Positions 40,501 to 49,835 of a DNA stretch of 61,851 bases are shown here, piece after piece; within the stretch, counting starts at the first letter, position 1; each line of letters opens with the position of its first letter. Under the pieces are notes generated by a model. The model was not told where the DNA came from, did not search any database, and saw nothing but the letters and a program-made list of their open reading frames with translations. The stretch lies in NCBI GenBank assembly GCA_965552135.1, contig CBEVQY010000014.1:1-61851 (forward strand). The letters run 5' to 3'. Source of the stretch: an uncultured bacterium (GTDB taxonomy: Bacteria > UBP14 > UBA6098 > B30-G16). The translations under genes and the position numbers were made by a program.

Positions 40501-40698
40501 CAGGCACGGATCAGGTTCGCCGCCGGCGTCGTTGACATCGGGACCAAGGTCAATCAAAACCGCCGACGAGCCAAACGTCATGCGGTTGTAGCAGTAAGGG
40601 CATTCGCCATAGACCCACTTCACGTAAAGCCCATACGCGCCTGAGCACAAAAGAAACACCGCCCAAAACAAAAGCGCCATTCTCCGCGCACCCATCAC
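37510..40698 (-). CDS. Secreted FG-GAP/VCBS beta-propeller plus Cys-rich Ig-like repeats, with type B (gliding-motility/CHU_C-like) C-terminal domain
   Basis: SSPAVADV, TPALGDVDGDGDIDVV, SPALADFDGDGDLEVV repeats; tail IPNPFTPNADGKND...IFDLHG...WDGT...PPGLYLY. Confidence 0.8.
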
Positions 40699-40709
40699 AA
40701 ACGCCCCCT

Positions 40710-41516
40710 TCAGGGAAGGATTGCATCGAACGGAACGTCGAACCTCTCTATCGAAAGCGCTCTGCCCGAGCTTTTGTCGATCTTTATGACGACCCCCTGA
40801 ACCCTGACGCCCTCCGATGCCGGCTCGAACCGCACCTGAACGCCTTTGAGCAGGTGCTCGAGCGCAAGGTGCTTTTTGACGCCGATGACCGAATCGTGCG
40901 GTCCCGTCATGCCGCAGTCGGTGATGTAGGCTGTTCCGCCGGGCAGGATCCTCTCATCCGCAGTCTGGACGTGGGTGTGCGTTCCCACGACGGCGGAAAC
41001 CGCGCCGTCCATAAAGTACCCCATGGCGATCTTCTCCGACGTCGCCTCGCCGTGGAAGTCGACGACGATTATGTGCGTTTCGCGCTGCAGTCTCTCCACG
41101 TGGTCGCGCCCAACGCGAAAAGGACAGTCGGTCGTGGGCATGTAGACGCGACCCATAAGGTTTAAGACCCCAACCTTCGTGCCGTCCTGGGTTGTGAACA
41201 CGGTGGAGCCGTGACCGGGATTGCCCGGAGGGTAGTTCGCCGGCCGCAGAAGGTTTTCGTAAACATCGAGGGCATCTCCAAGCTCATCGCGCTTGTTCCA
41301 GGTGTGGTTGCCCAGTGTGATCACGTCCACGCCGTAGCGAAAGAGCTTTTGCGCAAGGTTCTCGGTTATGCCGAAGCCCCCGGCGACGTTTTCGGCGTTG
41401 GCGATGACGATATCCGGACGATACCTATCGCGCAAAAAGGGCAGAGCCTGCCTTAGGGCATCGCGACCGCTTTTGGCGTAAACATCCCCAAAGAAAAGGA
41501 CGGTTACGAAGTCCAC
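40710..41516 (-). CDS. ymdB: YmdB-family metallophosphoesterase
   Basis: FGDV, NAEN.AGG.G, TLGNH, RPANYP, VDFHGEATSEK, GTHTHVQTAD; downstream of rny as usual. Confidence 0.93.
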   Translation of the reverse strand: MDFVTVLFFGDVYAKSGRDALRQALPFLRDRYRPDIVIANAENVAGGFGITENLAQKLFRYGVDVITLGNHTWNKRDELGDALDVYENLLRPANYPPGNPGHGSTVFTTQDGTKVGVLNLMGRVYMPTTDCPFRVGRDHVERLQRETHIIVVDFHGEATSEKIAMGYFMDGAVSAVVGTHTHVQTADERILPGGTAYITDCGMTGPHDSVIGVKKHLALEHLLKGVQVRFEPASEGVRVQGVVIKIDKSSGRALSIERFDVPFDAILP

Positions 41517-41551
41517 GTCGACTCACCCCTGACTGACGCCACAAACGAAGA

Positions 41552-43114
41552 CTAACGGGCGTAATCTATTGCCCGCGTCTCCCTTATGACGACAACCTTT
41601 ATCTGACCGGGATATTCCATTTCGTTCTGGATTTTCTGCGATATCTCCGCCGCCAGGATCTCCGACTGATGGTCGTCGACCTTCGACGGTTCGACTATGA
41701 CCCTAACCTCGCGCCCAGCCTGTATGGCATACGCCTTCGACACGCCCGGGAACGAATCTGCAAGCTCCTCGAGCTTCTGGAGGCGCTTTATGTAGTTTTC
41801 GAGGGTTTCCCTTCGGGCACCGGGGCGCGCGCCAGATATAGCATCTGCAGCCTGAACGATAACGGTGTAGGGTGAGGTCGCCTCGACGTCCTCGTGGTGG
41901 GCGAGTATCGCATTGAGGACGATCTCACTTTCCCCGTATTTCTTGGCAACCTCATATCCAAGCTGGGTGTGCGTGCCCTCCTGACCTTGGTCGACCGCCT
42001 TGCCTATGTCGTGCAAAAGCCCGCAGCGCTTGGCAATCTTCGGATCGAGGTCGAGCTCGGCGGCGATGTAACCCGCAAGCCTCGCAACCTCCTTGGAGTG
42101 CTGCAGAACGTTCTGACCGTAGCTTGTGCGGTACCGAAGCCTGCCCAAAAGCTTGACAAGCTCGGGGTGTATGTTGTGGATTCCAAGCTCGAAGCAGACC
42201 TGTTCGCCGGTCTCCTTGAAGATGTTTTCGATCTCCTTCTCCGCCTTCGCGACGACCTCCTCGATGCGCGCCGGATGGATCCTCCCGTCCATTATGAGCT
42301 TTTCCATCGCTATGCGCGCCACCTCGCGCCGTATAGGGTCGTAGCCGGAGAGGATAATCGCCTCGGGCGTGTCGTCGACTATGACGTCGACGCCCGTAGC
42401 CGTCTCGAAGGCGCGGATGTTGCGCCCCTCCCTACCTATGATGCGACCCTTGATCTCATCGGAGGGAAGCGAAACGACCGACACGGTGGACTCGACGGTG
42501 GTTTCGGCGGCGCAGCGCTGAATGGCGGATATTATCACCTCCCTCGCCTCCCGCTCAGCCTTCTGCTCAGCCTCCTCTTTGATCTGCTTTATCATCTGCG
42601 CCGCCTCGGCGCGCGCCTCGGAGATCAGGTTCTCCATAAGGATCCGCTTCGCCTCCTGCTGGGTCATGCCCGCTATGCTCTCAAGCTTCTCGTTCTCGCG
42701 CCTTATGAGCTCCTCAAGCTCCCTCTCCTTCTCCTCAAGCGCCTTTTCCTTAGCCTGGAGCTGTCTGTCGAGGTTTGCGAGCTCCCTTTCGCGGCGCCTT
42801 ATAAGGTCAGCGCGGTTTTCGAGGGAGGCGCGCTGCTCGTTGAGCTTCTTCTCAAGGCGCGCAAGCTCGTTGCGCTTCGCCTGCGTCATCCTCTCAAAGT
42901 CCGCGCGCTGACGAGCACGCTCCTTCTCAAGCTCAAGCTCAAGCTTGCTGCGCCTAAGCTCAAGCTCCTTTTCTGCCTCCTCGAGTATACGCTTCGCCTG
43001 CCTCTGCGCATCCCTCAAAGCCCTCTTAGCAGACGCCTTGCCCAAAAGCATCCCAACGACAAAGCCCAAAACAGCCAAAACGGCAACAACGACTATGTTA
43101 AGCGCATTCAACAT
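41552..43114 (-). CDS. rny: Ribonuclease Y
   Basis: N-terminal TM, coiled coil, KH ([13 protein letters not shown]), HD domain (LLHDIGK), [12 protein letters not shown]. Confidence 0.97.
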   Translation of the reverse strand: MLNALNIVVVAVLAVLGFVVGMLLGKASAKRALRDAQRQAKRILEEAEKELELRRSKLELELEKERARQRADFERMTQAKRNELARLEKKLNEQRASLENRADLIRRRERELANLDRQLQAKEKALEEKERELEELIRRENEKLESIAGMTQQEAKRILMENLISEARAEAAQMIKQIKEEAEQKAEREAREVIISAIQRCAAETTVESTVSVVSLPSDEIKGRIIGREGRNIRAFETATGVDVIVDDTPEAIILSGYDPIRREVARIAMEKLIMDGRIHPARIEEVVAKAEKEIENIFKETGEQVCFELGIHNIHPELVKLLGRLRYRTSYGQNVLQHSKEVARLAGYIAAELDLDPKIAKRCGLLHDIGKAVDQGQEGTHTQLGYEVAKKYGESEIVLNAILAHHEDVEATSPYTVIVQAADAISGARPGARRETLENYIKRLQKLEELADSFPGVSKAYAIQAGREVRVIVEPSKVDDHQSEILAAEISQKIQNEMEYPGQIKVVVIRETRAIDYAR

Positions 43115-43219
43115 ATCTCATCACCTCCCCGAACTGGGCGCTCGAGGCAAGAGGGGAGACGGCGGCTTTGGGAACCACAGAGCTTTATGCGGCAAGCAAA
43201 CCAGAGGGAGCCTCGTAGG

Positions 43220-43513
43220 CTAAGCCTCTATCTCCATAAGCTTTTGCCGAAGCGCGCTCGATTGCTCCTCAATGCGCTCCATAAGCCTGCGGAGCTTCTC
43301 GCGCTCCTTGAAAAGCTCGTCGGTTATATTCAACGCGGCAAGGATAACCGCCTTAGTCGGCGATGCGCTGCTGGCGCTGTTTATTACCTCGTATATCTTC
43401 GCGTCGACGTATCTTGCCACCTCGCGCACGTACTCAGGCGGCTCGTCGGTGAGGATCCTAAGCTCCTGGTTGAAAACCCGAACACAAACCTGTATTTTCT
43501 CCTTCTCCGCCAT
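43220..43513 (-). CDS. zapA: Cell division protein ZapA
   Basis: VARYVDAKI...AVILAALNITDELF motif plus coiled coil. Confidence 0.88.
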   Translation of the reverse strand: MAEKEKIQVCVRVFNQELRILTDEPPEYVREVARYVDAKIYEVINSASSASPTKAVILAALNITDELFKEREKLRRLMERIEEQSSALRQKLMEIEA

Positions 43514-43544
43514 CCCCTCTTTCCCTCAAGCGAGGCTTTATGGG

Positions 43545-43802
43545 TTAACCTTCGCCAAGCACCTGATTTATGCGCGCCAGAAGCGAATCGAGCCTTTCGC
43601 GAGCAAGCTGGCTCCCCTCGCTTTGCTGCCTTAGGCGCTCGTTCTCCTGCTCCAAAACCTCTATCCTGCCGCTTAGCTCCTGAATCTTCCTCTGCAGCTC
43701 CTCGTTCGCCTCCGCAAGCTGCCGCTTCTCGGCCTTGAGCCGCTCTACGGCATCCAAAAGCCTCTCTATATGTTGCAAAAAGACCTCGAAAGTATCGTCC
43801 AC
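43545..43802 (-). CDS. ZapB-like coiled-coil protein
   Basis: 85-aa pure coiled coil directly upstream of zapA; GTG start with SD AAGGAGG. Confidence 0.75.
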   Translation of the reverse strand: MDDTFEVFLQHIERLLDAVERLKAEKRQLAEANEELQRKIQELSGRIEVLEQENERLRQQSEGSQLARERLDSLLARINQVLGEG

Positions 43803-43865
43803 CTCAACGCCTCCTTATCTTAGAATTTATCCCAAACGGCTGCACTCCCCGCAGCCCACAAAAAA

Positions 43866-43893
43866 ATTATAACTCCACAGGCTTTTTTCGCAA
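43866..43893 (-). promoter_or_regulatory. Putative sigma70 promoter of zapB-zapA-rny-ymdB
   Basis: TTGCGA (43893-43888), 16 nt, TATAAT (43871-43866). Confidence 0.6.
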
Positions 43894-43987
43894 CAACTTT
43901 TTGATGGGGACTTGAAGCAACTTCTGAAACGCCCCTGCGGCACCGTTTGAGGTGGTGCGTGCGTTGCCCTTGGCGCTGGCGGAGGGG

Positions 43988-44335
43988 TTACCGATCAGGC
44001 TTTCCCCTGCGGAATCCCGGGGGTCTGAAGCGGAACACGCCTTCGCACTCGACCTCAAGCGGGGTTGTCGCGACCACGACGACGCCCCGACCCGAAAGGA
44101 GAGCCTCGGCTATGGTGCGGTGCGCCTCCTTGATGATTCTGCCGAAGGTGGCGCGGGATATGCCCATCTGCGCCGCAGCCTCGGTCTGGTCGAAGCCCTC
44201 AAGATCATAAAGGCGCATGGCTTCGACGTGGTCTATCCGAAGCTTGAGGGGCGGTCCCGCAGGGGGACGGATGGGCATAAAGCCCAAAATCCCGCCTCTG
44301 CACCGAACTCGCCTGTGTTTGAACGGTCGAGGCAT
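43988..44335 (-). CDS. DUF134 HTH protein
   Basis: MPRPFKHRRV, EAMRLYDLEGFDQTEAAAQMGISRATF, IAEALLSG. Confidence 0.88.
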   Translation of the reverse strand: MPRPFKHRRVRCRGGILGFMPIRPPAGPPLKLRIDHVEAMRLYDLEGFDQTEAAAQMGISRATFGRIIKEAHRTIAEALLSGRGVVVVATTPLEVECEGVFRFRPPGFRRGKPDR

Positions 44336-44341
44336 GGCAGC

Positions 44342-44764
44342 TTACCTACCTTTCGCCTCACCGATGAACTGGAAGATCACCCTGCGCCTGCGGGGTCTTA
44401 CGTCGAACTCGCAGAAGACCACCTGCTGCCACGTTCCGGTTGCAGGCTCGCCGCCCAGAACGGGGATAACAAGCGACGTCCCCACAAGCGACGACCTGAG
44501 GTGCGAGTGTCCGTTGGCATCGCCCCAGGTTGCGTCGTGGTGGTATCTCCCCGCGGGAACGAGCCTTTCCATAAGCTCGGGGAAGTCCCTGCGCAGACCC
44601 GGCTCGTACTCTATCGTCGTCACGCCGCACGTCGAGCCAACGGCAAAAACCAAAACAGCGCCGTCGGAGGCACCTACACCCGCCAAAAACGACCTAAGCT
44701 CCCCCGAAAGGTCGTAGATCTCGTTGGGCTTTGTGTCAAGCTCCGCGGATCCTGTGGCGACCAT
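44342..44764 (-). CDS. yjbQ: YjbQ/UPF0047 family protein
   Basis: GSTCGVTTIEYEPG, Y.HD, NGHSHLRSSL.G, GTWQQVVFCEFD. Confidence 0.9.
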   Translation of the reverse strand: MVATGSAELDTKPNEIYDLSGELRSFLAGVGASDGAVLVFAVGSTCGVTTIEYEPGLRRDFPELMERLVPAGRYHHDATWGDANGHSHLRSSLVGTSLVIPVLGGEPATGTWQQVVFCEFDVRPRRRRVIFQFIGEAKGR

Positions 44765-44776
44765 CGCATCCCTCCT

Positions 44777-45862
44777 CTAGAGTGCGGCGGAGTCGTCGGT
44801 GTAAATCTCTCCGGCTATGTGTGCGGCTATCTTGAACTTGTTCGGGTTTTCGACGACACCCCGCTCGGTTACGATCATCGTCACAAGCTCTGCGGGGGTT
44901 ACGTCGAACGCGGGGTTTAGCGCACAAGCCCCTTGCGGAGCGATCCGCCTGCCCAGGACGGACAAAACCTCCTCTTGTGGGCGCTCTTCGATGGTGATTT
45001 CGGCGCCCTCAAGCTTCGAGAGGTCGAACGTGCTCGTTGGCGCGGCGACGATGAAGGGTATCCTGTGTCTGTTCGCCGCCAGGGCGAGGGAGTAAGTTCC
45101 TATTTTGTTTGCGACGTCGCCGTTTTTGACGATCCGGTCGGCGCCAACTATGACCACGTCCACAAGGCCCTGCGCCATCACGGCGGGGGCGGCGCCGTCG
45201 GCGATTATCCGAAACGGGATCCCCCAGCGCATAAGCTCCCACGCCGTAAGCCTTGCACCCTGCAGGAGCGGACGAGTCTCGCAGACGTAAACCTCCTCCA
45301 CATATCCCCTGCGGAAGGCTTCGTAGATTATCCCCAGCGCGGTTCCCACGCCGCCTGCGGCGAGGGCGCCCGTGTTGCATATCGTCATCACGCGCACGCT
45401 CGTCCCGAGGACGTCGGCGCCGTGGCGCGCTATGGCAAAGCTGCGCTCCTCCTCCTCGCGAAGAACCTGATGCCCAAGCTCCAAAAGGCGCGCCTTAACA
45501 TCCTCAACCGACGACGTCTCGGCAAGCAACCCCACCTCCTGAGCGCGCCTGAGTGCTGAAAAGAGGTTGACGGCGGTGGGTCTGGTCTTCGAGAGGAGCT
45601 CGATGGTCTGCTCGAGGCGCGCGAGGAACCGCTCCTTCGAGCCCCGACATCCCCTGACGCCGAGGTACACGCCGTATGCGGCGGCAACGCCCAAAAGTGG
45701 CGCTCCGCGAACCGCAAGAGACCTTATCGCCGACGCAAGCCGACCAACGGTGCGTATCCTAAGCCACCTCTCGCGGACGGGCAGCGCACGCTGATCCAAA
45801 ACGACCAAGCAGCTTTCTTCGTCGTCCCAGAAGACGGGACGAAAGAGATCATCCTTTCCCAC
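44777..45862 (-). CDS. mtnA: Methylthioribose-1-phosphate isomerase
   Basis: LDQRALP, VRGAP, TRPTAVNL, TICNTGALA, ETRPLLQGARLTAWEL, GADRI, NKIGTY, NPAFDVTP. Confidence 0.95.
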   Translation of the reverse strand: MGKDDLFRPVFWDDEESCLVVLDQRALPVRERWLRIRTVGRLASAIRSLAVRGAPLLGVAAAYGVYLGVRGCRGSKERFLARLEQTIELLSKTRPTAVNLFSALRRAQEVGLLAETSSVEDVKARLLELGHQVLREEEERSFAIARHGADVLGTSVRVMTICNTGALAAGGVGTALGIIYEAFRRGYVEEVYVCETRPLLQGARLTAWELMRWGIPFRIIADGAAPAVMAQGLVDVVIVGADRIVKNGDVANKIGTYSLALAANRHRIPFIVAAPTSTFDLSKLEGAEITIEERPQEEVLSVLGRRIAPQGACALNPAFDVTPAELVTMIVTERGVVENPNKFKIAAHIAGEIYTDDSAAL

Positions 45863-47717
45863 CGTTCCCCCCTGTCTGCGACCAAAGCTCCTGGATGCGC
45901 TTTTTTACGATGCGGATCGTCTCGTCCGCAAGCTTTCGCGCCTCGGACTCAAGCTCTTCGCACCTTTGCTTCATCTGCTCAACGAACTCCTCGTCCTTTA
46001 TCTCGCCGAGGTTTATGAGGACGTTGAGCACGCCGCCCACGACTCCCGCAAGTGCTGTCTGCGCGCCAACGCCAGCGTCGGAGACAGAGCTTTGGGCGCC
46101 AACCTCGGCTATCCTGCGGGCAAGCTTCAACGCCTCAAGCGACGACTCCGCCGTACCCAAGGGAACCTTCACCGCGTTCTTAAGACCGCGCTGGATAGCC
46201 TCGTCCCTTATGCGACGCTCCTGCTCCGTCCCCTTGGGGAGCCTTGTGGCCTCGAGATACTCGTTGAACGCCTGCGCATCCTCGTCGACAGCTTCCACAA
46301 GCCTGCCCAAAACGCCCTGTGCCTGCTCGGCTATACGGATCACCTCCCCCGCTTCGCTTTCGTTTTGGGCTTTTCCGGCGGTTATGTTCGCCACCATCGA
46401 CGCGAGCGCCGCCCCGAGCGACCCAGCCATAGCCGCAACCGAACCGCCGCCTGGAGCAGGGCTTTCGCGCGAAACCTCCTTCACAAAATCCACAGCCCTC
46501 ATCGAAACAAGCGCATCTTCGGAAAGCTCCGGACCGCCGATTATCTTCTCCTTGGGGTCGAAGGGCGCAACGTCGTTTAGACCCATCGACATGATCGCTA
46601 TCTCGATTATATCCTCGGGCGGGATGCCAGTGGACCTCCCCTGCCGCTTCAGGTAGTACTTTCCCGCCATAAGCATCGCCTGATACGGCACAAGCCCGAC
46701 TATTTCGCTTCCCGTGACCACAAGCCCGCGCTCTGCGGCAAGCTCGCGCGCCTTCTCGAGCACAAGGTGGGGCGGAGTGACCTTGTAGTTGGTGAGGTTT
46801 ATCGATATCTGCGCGCGACCGTACTCCTCAACGTACCAGCCTATAGCCTTGCAGTGCGTGAACAGCCCGCGCTTTTTGACGGGTCTGCCCTCGACGTTGG
46901 GCGGCTCGATGTTGTGCAGCCGCAAAAGCTCCCCAAGATCATAGCCGTGCTGCGACCTCACGTGCTCCTCAAGCTCCTCGTAGCTTTTCGCAACGAAATC
47001 GCACTCCCCACAGGGATAAGCGCCCTTTTGATACCTCACTATCTCTCCGCGGAAGTAGAAGGGCTTTATGTTGCCCCGCCTGACGCTGCGACCCTTCTCC
47101 CTGAGCTCGAAGGCGATATCGGTGGCGTAGCGCCTCTCCTTTGTGTTCAGATTTATGTTGTAGGCTATGAGGAACTCCCTTGCGCCGATGGCGATGGCGC
47201 CGGTTTTGGGGTTGAACTTGGCGGGACCGTAGTCGGGCTTCCAGTTGGGGTCGGTAAGTTTTTCCGGAAGACCCTCGTACTCGCCCCTGCGGACGTTGGC
47301 AAGGTTTCTTCGCTCGGGTCTGGTGGCGGCGTACTCGTAGAGGTAGACGGGTATCCCAAGCTCTTCGCCCACGCGCCTGCCCAGCTCGTGCGCAAGCTTT
47401 ACGCAATCGTCCATCGTCACGCCCGAGACGGGGACGAAGGGGCACACGTCGGTTGCGCCGAAGCGCGGATGGGCGCCGTGATGCTTCGACATATCGATAA
47501 GCTCCGCCGCCTTCTTTATGGCGCGAAAAGCCGCCTCCTTCACCGCCTCGGGCTCGCCTATAAAAGTTACCACCGTGCGGTTGGTGGCATAACCAGGATC
47601 AACGTCCTTAAGCTCAACGCCCTCAACGCCTTTGATCTCCTCGGTTATCTGCTCAATCACCTTAAGGTCCCTTCCCTCGGAGAAGTTCGGTACGCACTCC
47701 ACGATCCTGCGCGCCAT
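45849..47717 (-). CDS. ftcD: Bifunctional glutamate formiminotransferase / formiminotetrahydrofolate cyclodeaminase with a zinc-finger insertion
   Basis: VECVPNFSEGR, NRTVVT, HHGAHPRFGATDVCPFVP, GAREFLIAYN, AQISINL, SEIVGLVP; cyclodeaminase domain SPAPGGGSVAA...NVLINL; ATG 47717. Confidence 0.93.
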   Translation of the reverse strand: MARRIVECVPNFSEGRDLKVIEQITEEIKGVEGVELKDVDPGYATNRTVVTFIGEPEAVKEAAFRAIKKAAELIDMSKHHGAHPRFGATDVCPFVPVSGVTMDDCVKLAHELGRRVGEELGIPVYLYEYAATRPERRNLANVRRGEYEGLPEKLTDPNWKPDYGPAKFNPKTGAIAIGAREFLIAYNINLNTKERRYATDIAFELREKGRSVRRGNIKPFYFRGEIVRYQKGAYPCGECDFVAKSYEELEEHVRSQHGYDLGELLRLHNIEPPNVEGRPVKKRGLFTHCKAIGWYVEEYGRAQISINLTNYKVTPPHLVLEKARELAAERGLVVTGSEIVGLVPYQAMLMAGKYYLKRQGRSTGIPPEDIIEIAIMSMGLNDVAPFDPKEKIIGGPELSEDALVSMRAVDFVKEVSRESPAPGGGSVAAMAGSLGAALASMVANITAGKAQNESEAGEVIRIAEQAQGVLGRLVEAVDEDAQAFNEYLEATRLPKGTEQERRIRDEAIQRGLKNAVKVPLGTAESSLEALKLARRIAEVGAQSSVSDAGVGAQTALAGVVGGVLNVLINLGEIKDEEFVEQMKQRCEELESEARKLADETIRIVKKRIQELWSQTGGNGGKG

Positions 47718-47810
47718 ATCGCACTCCCCAGGTTGGGTTCCCCCAAAATTTATCGGCGCCACCGCGCAGCCGCAAGACTTTTGTGCCGCCAAAGCACAGC
47801 GAAAAAGCGC

Positions 47811-47838
47811 TTGACAGCGAAAAAAGGGAAAGTAAGAT
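47811..47838 (+). promoter_or_regulatory. Putative sigma70 promoter of the Fe-S/flavoprotein pair
   Basis: TTGACA (47811-47816), 16 nt, TAAGAT (47833-47838). Confidence 0.65.
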
Positions 47839-47884
47839 GTCTTGTTGTTCGAAACAAAGGGATAACCGACAGTGGGGGTAGGTT

Positions 47885-48916
47885 ATGGACGCATACTTTT
47901 TGCCTCTGGAACGCATTGGCGATTTCACGAGGCATCTTGGTAAGTTTGGCAAAATCTATCGTTGCGAGCAGACGGAGAAGGGTCCGCGCCTCAGAGCCCC
48001 CTCCGACAAGGAACTTGACGACTATCCGTTTCCCGCGGTGAGGGCAGCGGAGCCCGCGAAGTTTTTGTTCATAAAGGCGAAGCGGAAGCTCGCCGAGTAC
48101 TTCGACCCATCGTGGCGCCAGATCGAACCCGAGGAGGAGCCTAAGGTCGCCTTCGGTCTCAAAGGCTGCGACCTTGCCGCCATAAGGATTTGGGACAAGG
48201 TCTTCCGCGACGACGAAAACTACAGGGATCCGTTCTACATCGCCGCCCGGGAGAACACGCTACTTGTGGGCGCCGACTGCACGGAGGTATGCGACACATG
48301 CTTCTGCAACCTCGTGGGTGGCGCACCATACCCAGCCGAAGGAGATTTCGACCTCTCACTCGCACCGGTCGACAACGGCTTTGTGGTGTTCGTGGGGAGC
48401 GAAAAAGGGCAAAAAGCCCTCGAGGGCTTTGCGCTCGAGGGCGCACCGGCTGATCTGATCTCGCGCGTGCACAAGCGCAGAAAGGAGCTTCTGCAAAAAC
48501 TGGAGCAGATAAACGAGGAGTTCAAAACCACAAAGTCGTACCGGGAGCTTGTGGAGGGTAACCCCGAAAGCGAGGCTTGGCTTCGCAACGGGGAAAACTG
48601 CGTTGCGTGTGCTGCGTGTACATACGTCTGCCCGGCATGCTTCTGCTTCCAGCTCTACGATAAACCCGCGGGCGAAGGAAAATACGAACGCTTCCTCGTG
48701 CTCGACTCGTGCCAGTATCCCCGCTTCTCCTTCATGGCGGGCGGACTCAACCCCAGAGGACAGCTTGTGAAGCGATTCCAGCACCGATACAACCACAAGT
48801 TCTTCCACTACCACTGGCGCTACAACATCTACGCCTGCACAGGCTGCGGCAGATGCATAGAAAACTGCATGGGAAAGATAGATATGAGGAAAACTCTCAA
48901 GGACCTCGAAGGTTGA
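47885..48916 (+). CDS. 4Fe-4S dicluster protein, AsrA/sulfhydrogenase-beta (HydB)/FlxB family
   Basis: GLKGCDL, DPFY, CDTCFC, CVACAACTYVCPACFCF, CTGCGRCIENC. Confidence 0.88.
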   Translation: MDAYFLPLERIGDFTRHLGKFGKIYRCEQTEKGPRLRAPSDKELDDYPFPAVRAAEPAKFLFIKAKRKLAEYFDPSWRQIEPEEEPKVAFGLKGCDLAAIRIWDKVFRDDENYRDPFYIAARENTLLVGADCTEVCDTCFCNLVGGAPYPAEGDFDLSLAPVDNGFVVFVGSEKGQKALEGFALEGAPADLISRVHKRRKELLQKLEQINEEFKTTKSYRELVEGNPESEAWLRNGENCVACAACTYVCPACFCFQLYDKPAGEGKYERFLVLDSCQYPRFSFMAGGLNPRGQLVKRFQHRYNHKFFHYHWRYNIYACTGCGRCIENCMGKIDMRKTLKDLEG

Positions 48917-48937
48917 AAGCCAAAAACGGAGGACGCT

Positions 48938-49774
48938 ATGGCGAAGATGGAAAATATCTACTACCCCCTTCCCGCGAAGGTAGTCGATATAATCGACGAG
49001 ACGCCGACGATAAAGACCTACAAGCTTTCCCTCGAGGAGCCTTTTACGTTCAGGGCGGGTCAGTTTGTTCAGCTGACGGTGCCCGGCGTTGGCGAGGCGC
49101 CCTTCACGCCCTCGTCGAAGCCCGGGACGTCGCAGGAGCTTGAGATAACGATCCTGCGCACGGGTCGCGTCACCGACTACCTGCACGACAAGGTAAAGGT
49201 CGGCGACACACTCGGCATCCGCGGACCGTTCGGCAAAGGGTATCCGCTTGAGAAGATGAAGGGGCACGAGGTGCTTATCGTTGGTGGAGGCGTTGGTCTG
49301 GCGCCGCTTAGGTCGTGTCTCTACGCGCTTTTCGAAAACATCGACGACTACAAGCGCGTCTCCATAAAGTACGGCGCAAGAACGCCGAACGACCTCGTGT
49401 TCAGATACCAGTACGAAGAGTGGGAGAAGATGCCCAAAACCGACCTCAAGCTCACCATCGACAACCCCTACCCGGGCTGGAGCGGCACCGTTGGAGTCGT
49501 CACCGTGCTCCTTGAGCCCGAAAACGGCCTTGATGTCGACGTGAGCGATACCTACGTCGTCTCCTGCGGACCGGAGATAATGCTCAAGTTCGTGACGTAT
49601 AAGCTCCTCGACCTCGGCTTCCCGCCGGAGAGAATCTACCTTTCGATGAACAGGCGGATGTCGTGCGGGCTCGGGCTGTGCCACAGGTGCAACATCGGAC
49701 CCTACTACCTGTGCAAGGACGGTCCCGATATGTGCTACGCCGACATAAAGGATTACCCCAACGTATTTCCGTAG
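48938..49774 (+). CDS. FAD/NAD(P)-binding 2Fe-2S oxidoreductase, AsrB/sulfhydrogenase-gamma (HydG)/FlxA family
   Basis: GQFVQL.VPGVGEAPF, RGPFGKG, GGGVGLAPLR, CGPEIM, RRMSCGLGLCHRC...CKDGP. Confidence 0.9.
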   Translation: MAKMENIYYPLPAKVVDIIDETPTIKTYKLSLEEPFTFRAGQFVQLTVPGVGEAPFTPSSKPGTSQELEITILRTGRVTDYLHDKVKVGDTLGIRGPFGKGYPLEKMKGHEVLIVGGGVGLAPLRSCLYALFENIDDYKRVSIKYGARTPNDLVFRYQYEEWEKMPKTDLKLTIDNPYPGWSGTVGVVTVLLEPENGLDVDVSDTYVVSCGPEIMLKFVTYKLLDLGFPPERIYLSMNRRMSCGLGLCHRCNIGPYYLCKDGPDMCYADIKDYPNVFP

Positions 49775-49835
49775 GCGCGTGCGGAAGAATTTATCCGCTT
49801 GCCAGCCCTCGCGACGCCCTTATTTTTAGCTTTTG

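Noticed and set aside
43838..43856. Hairpin GGCTGC-ACTCCCC-GCAGCC as a terminator
   Set aside because: The T run lies on the wrong side for the minus-strand genes; more likely a 5' leader hairpin.
47885..49774. Selenocysteine read-through in the redox genes
   Set aside because: Both ORFs are complete with Cys ligands and have no in-frame TGA at motif positions.
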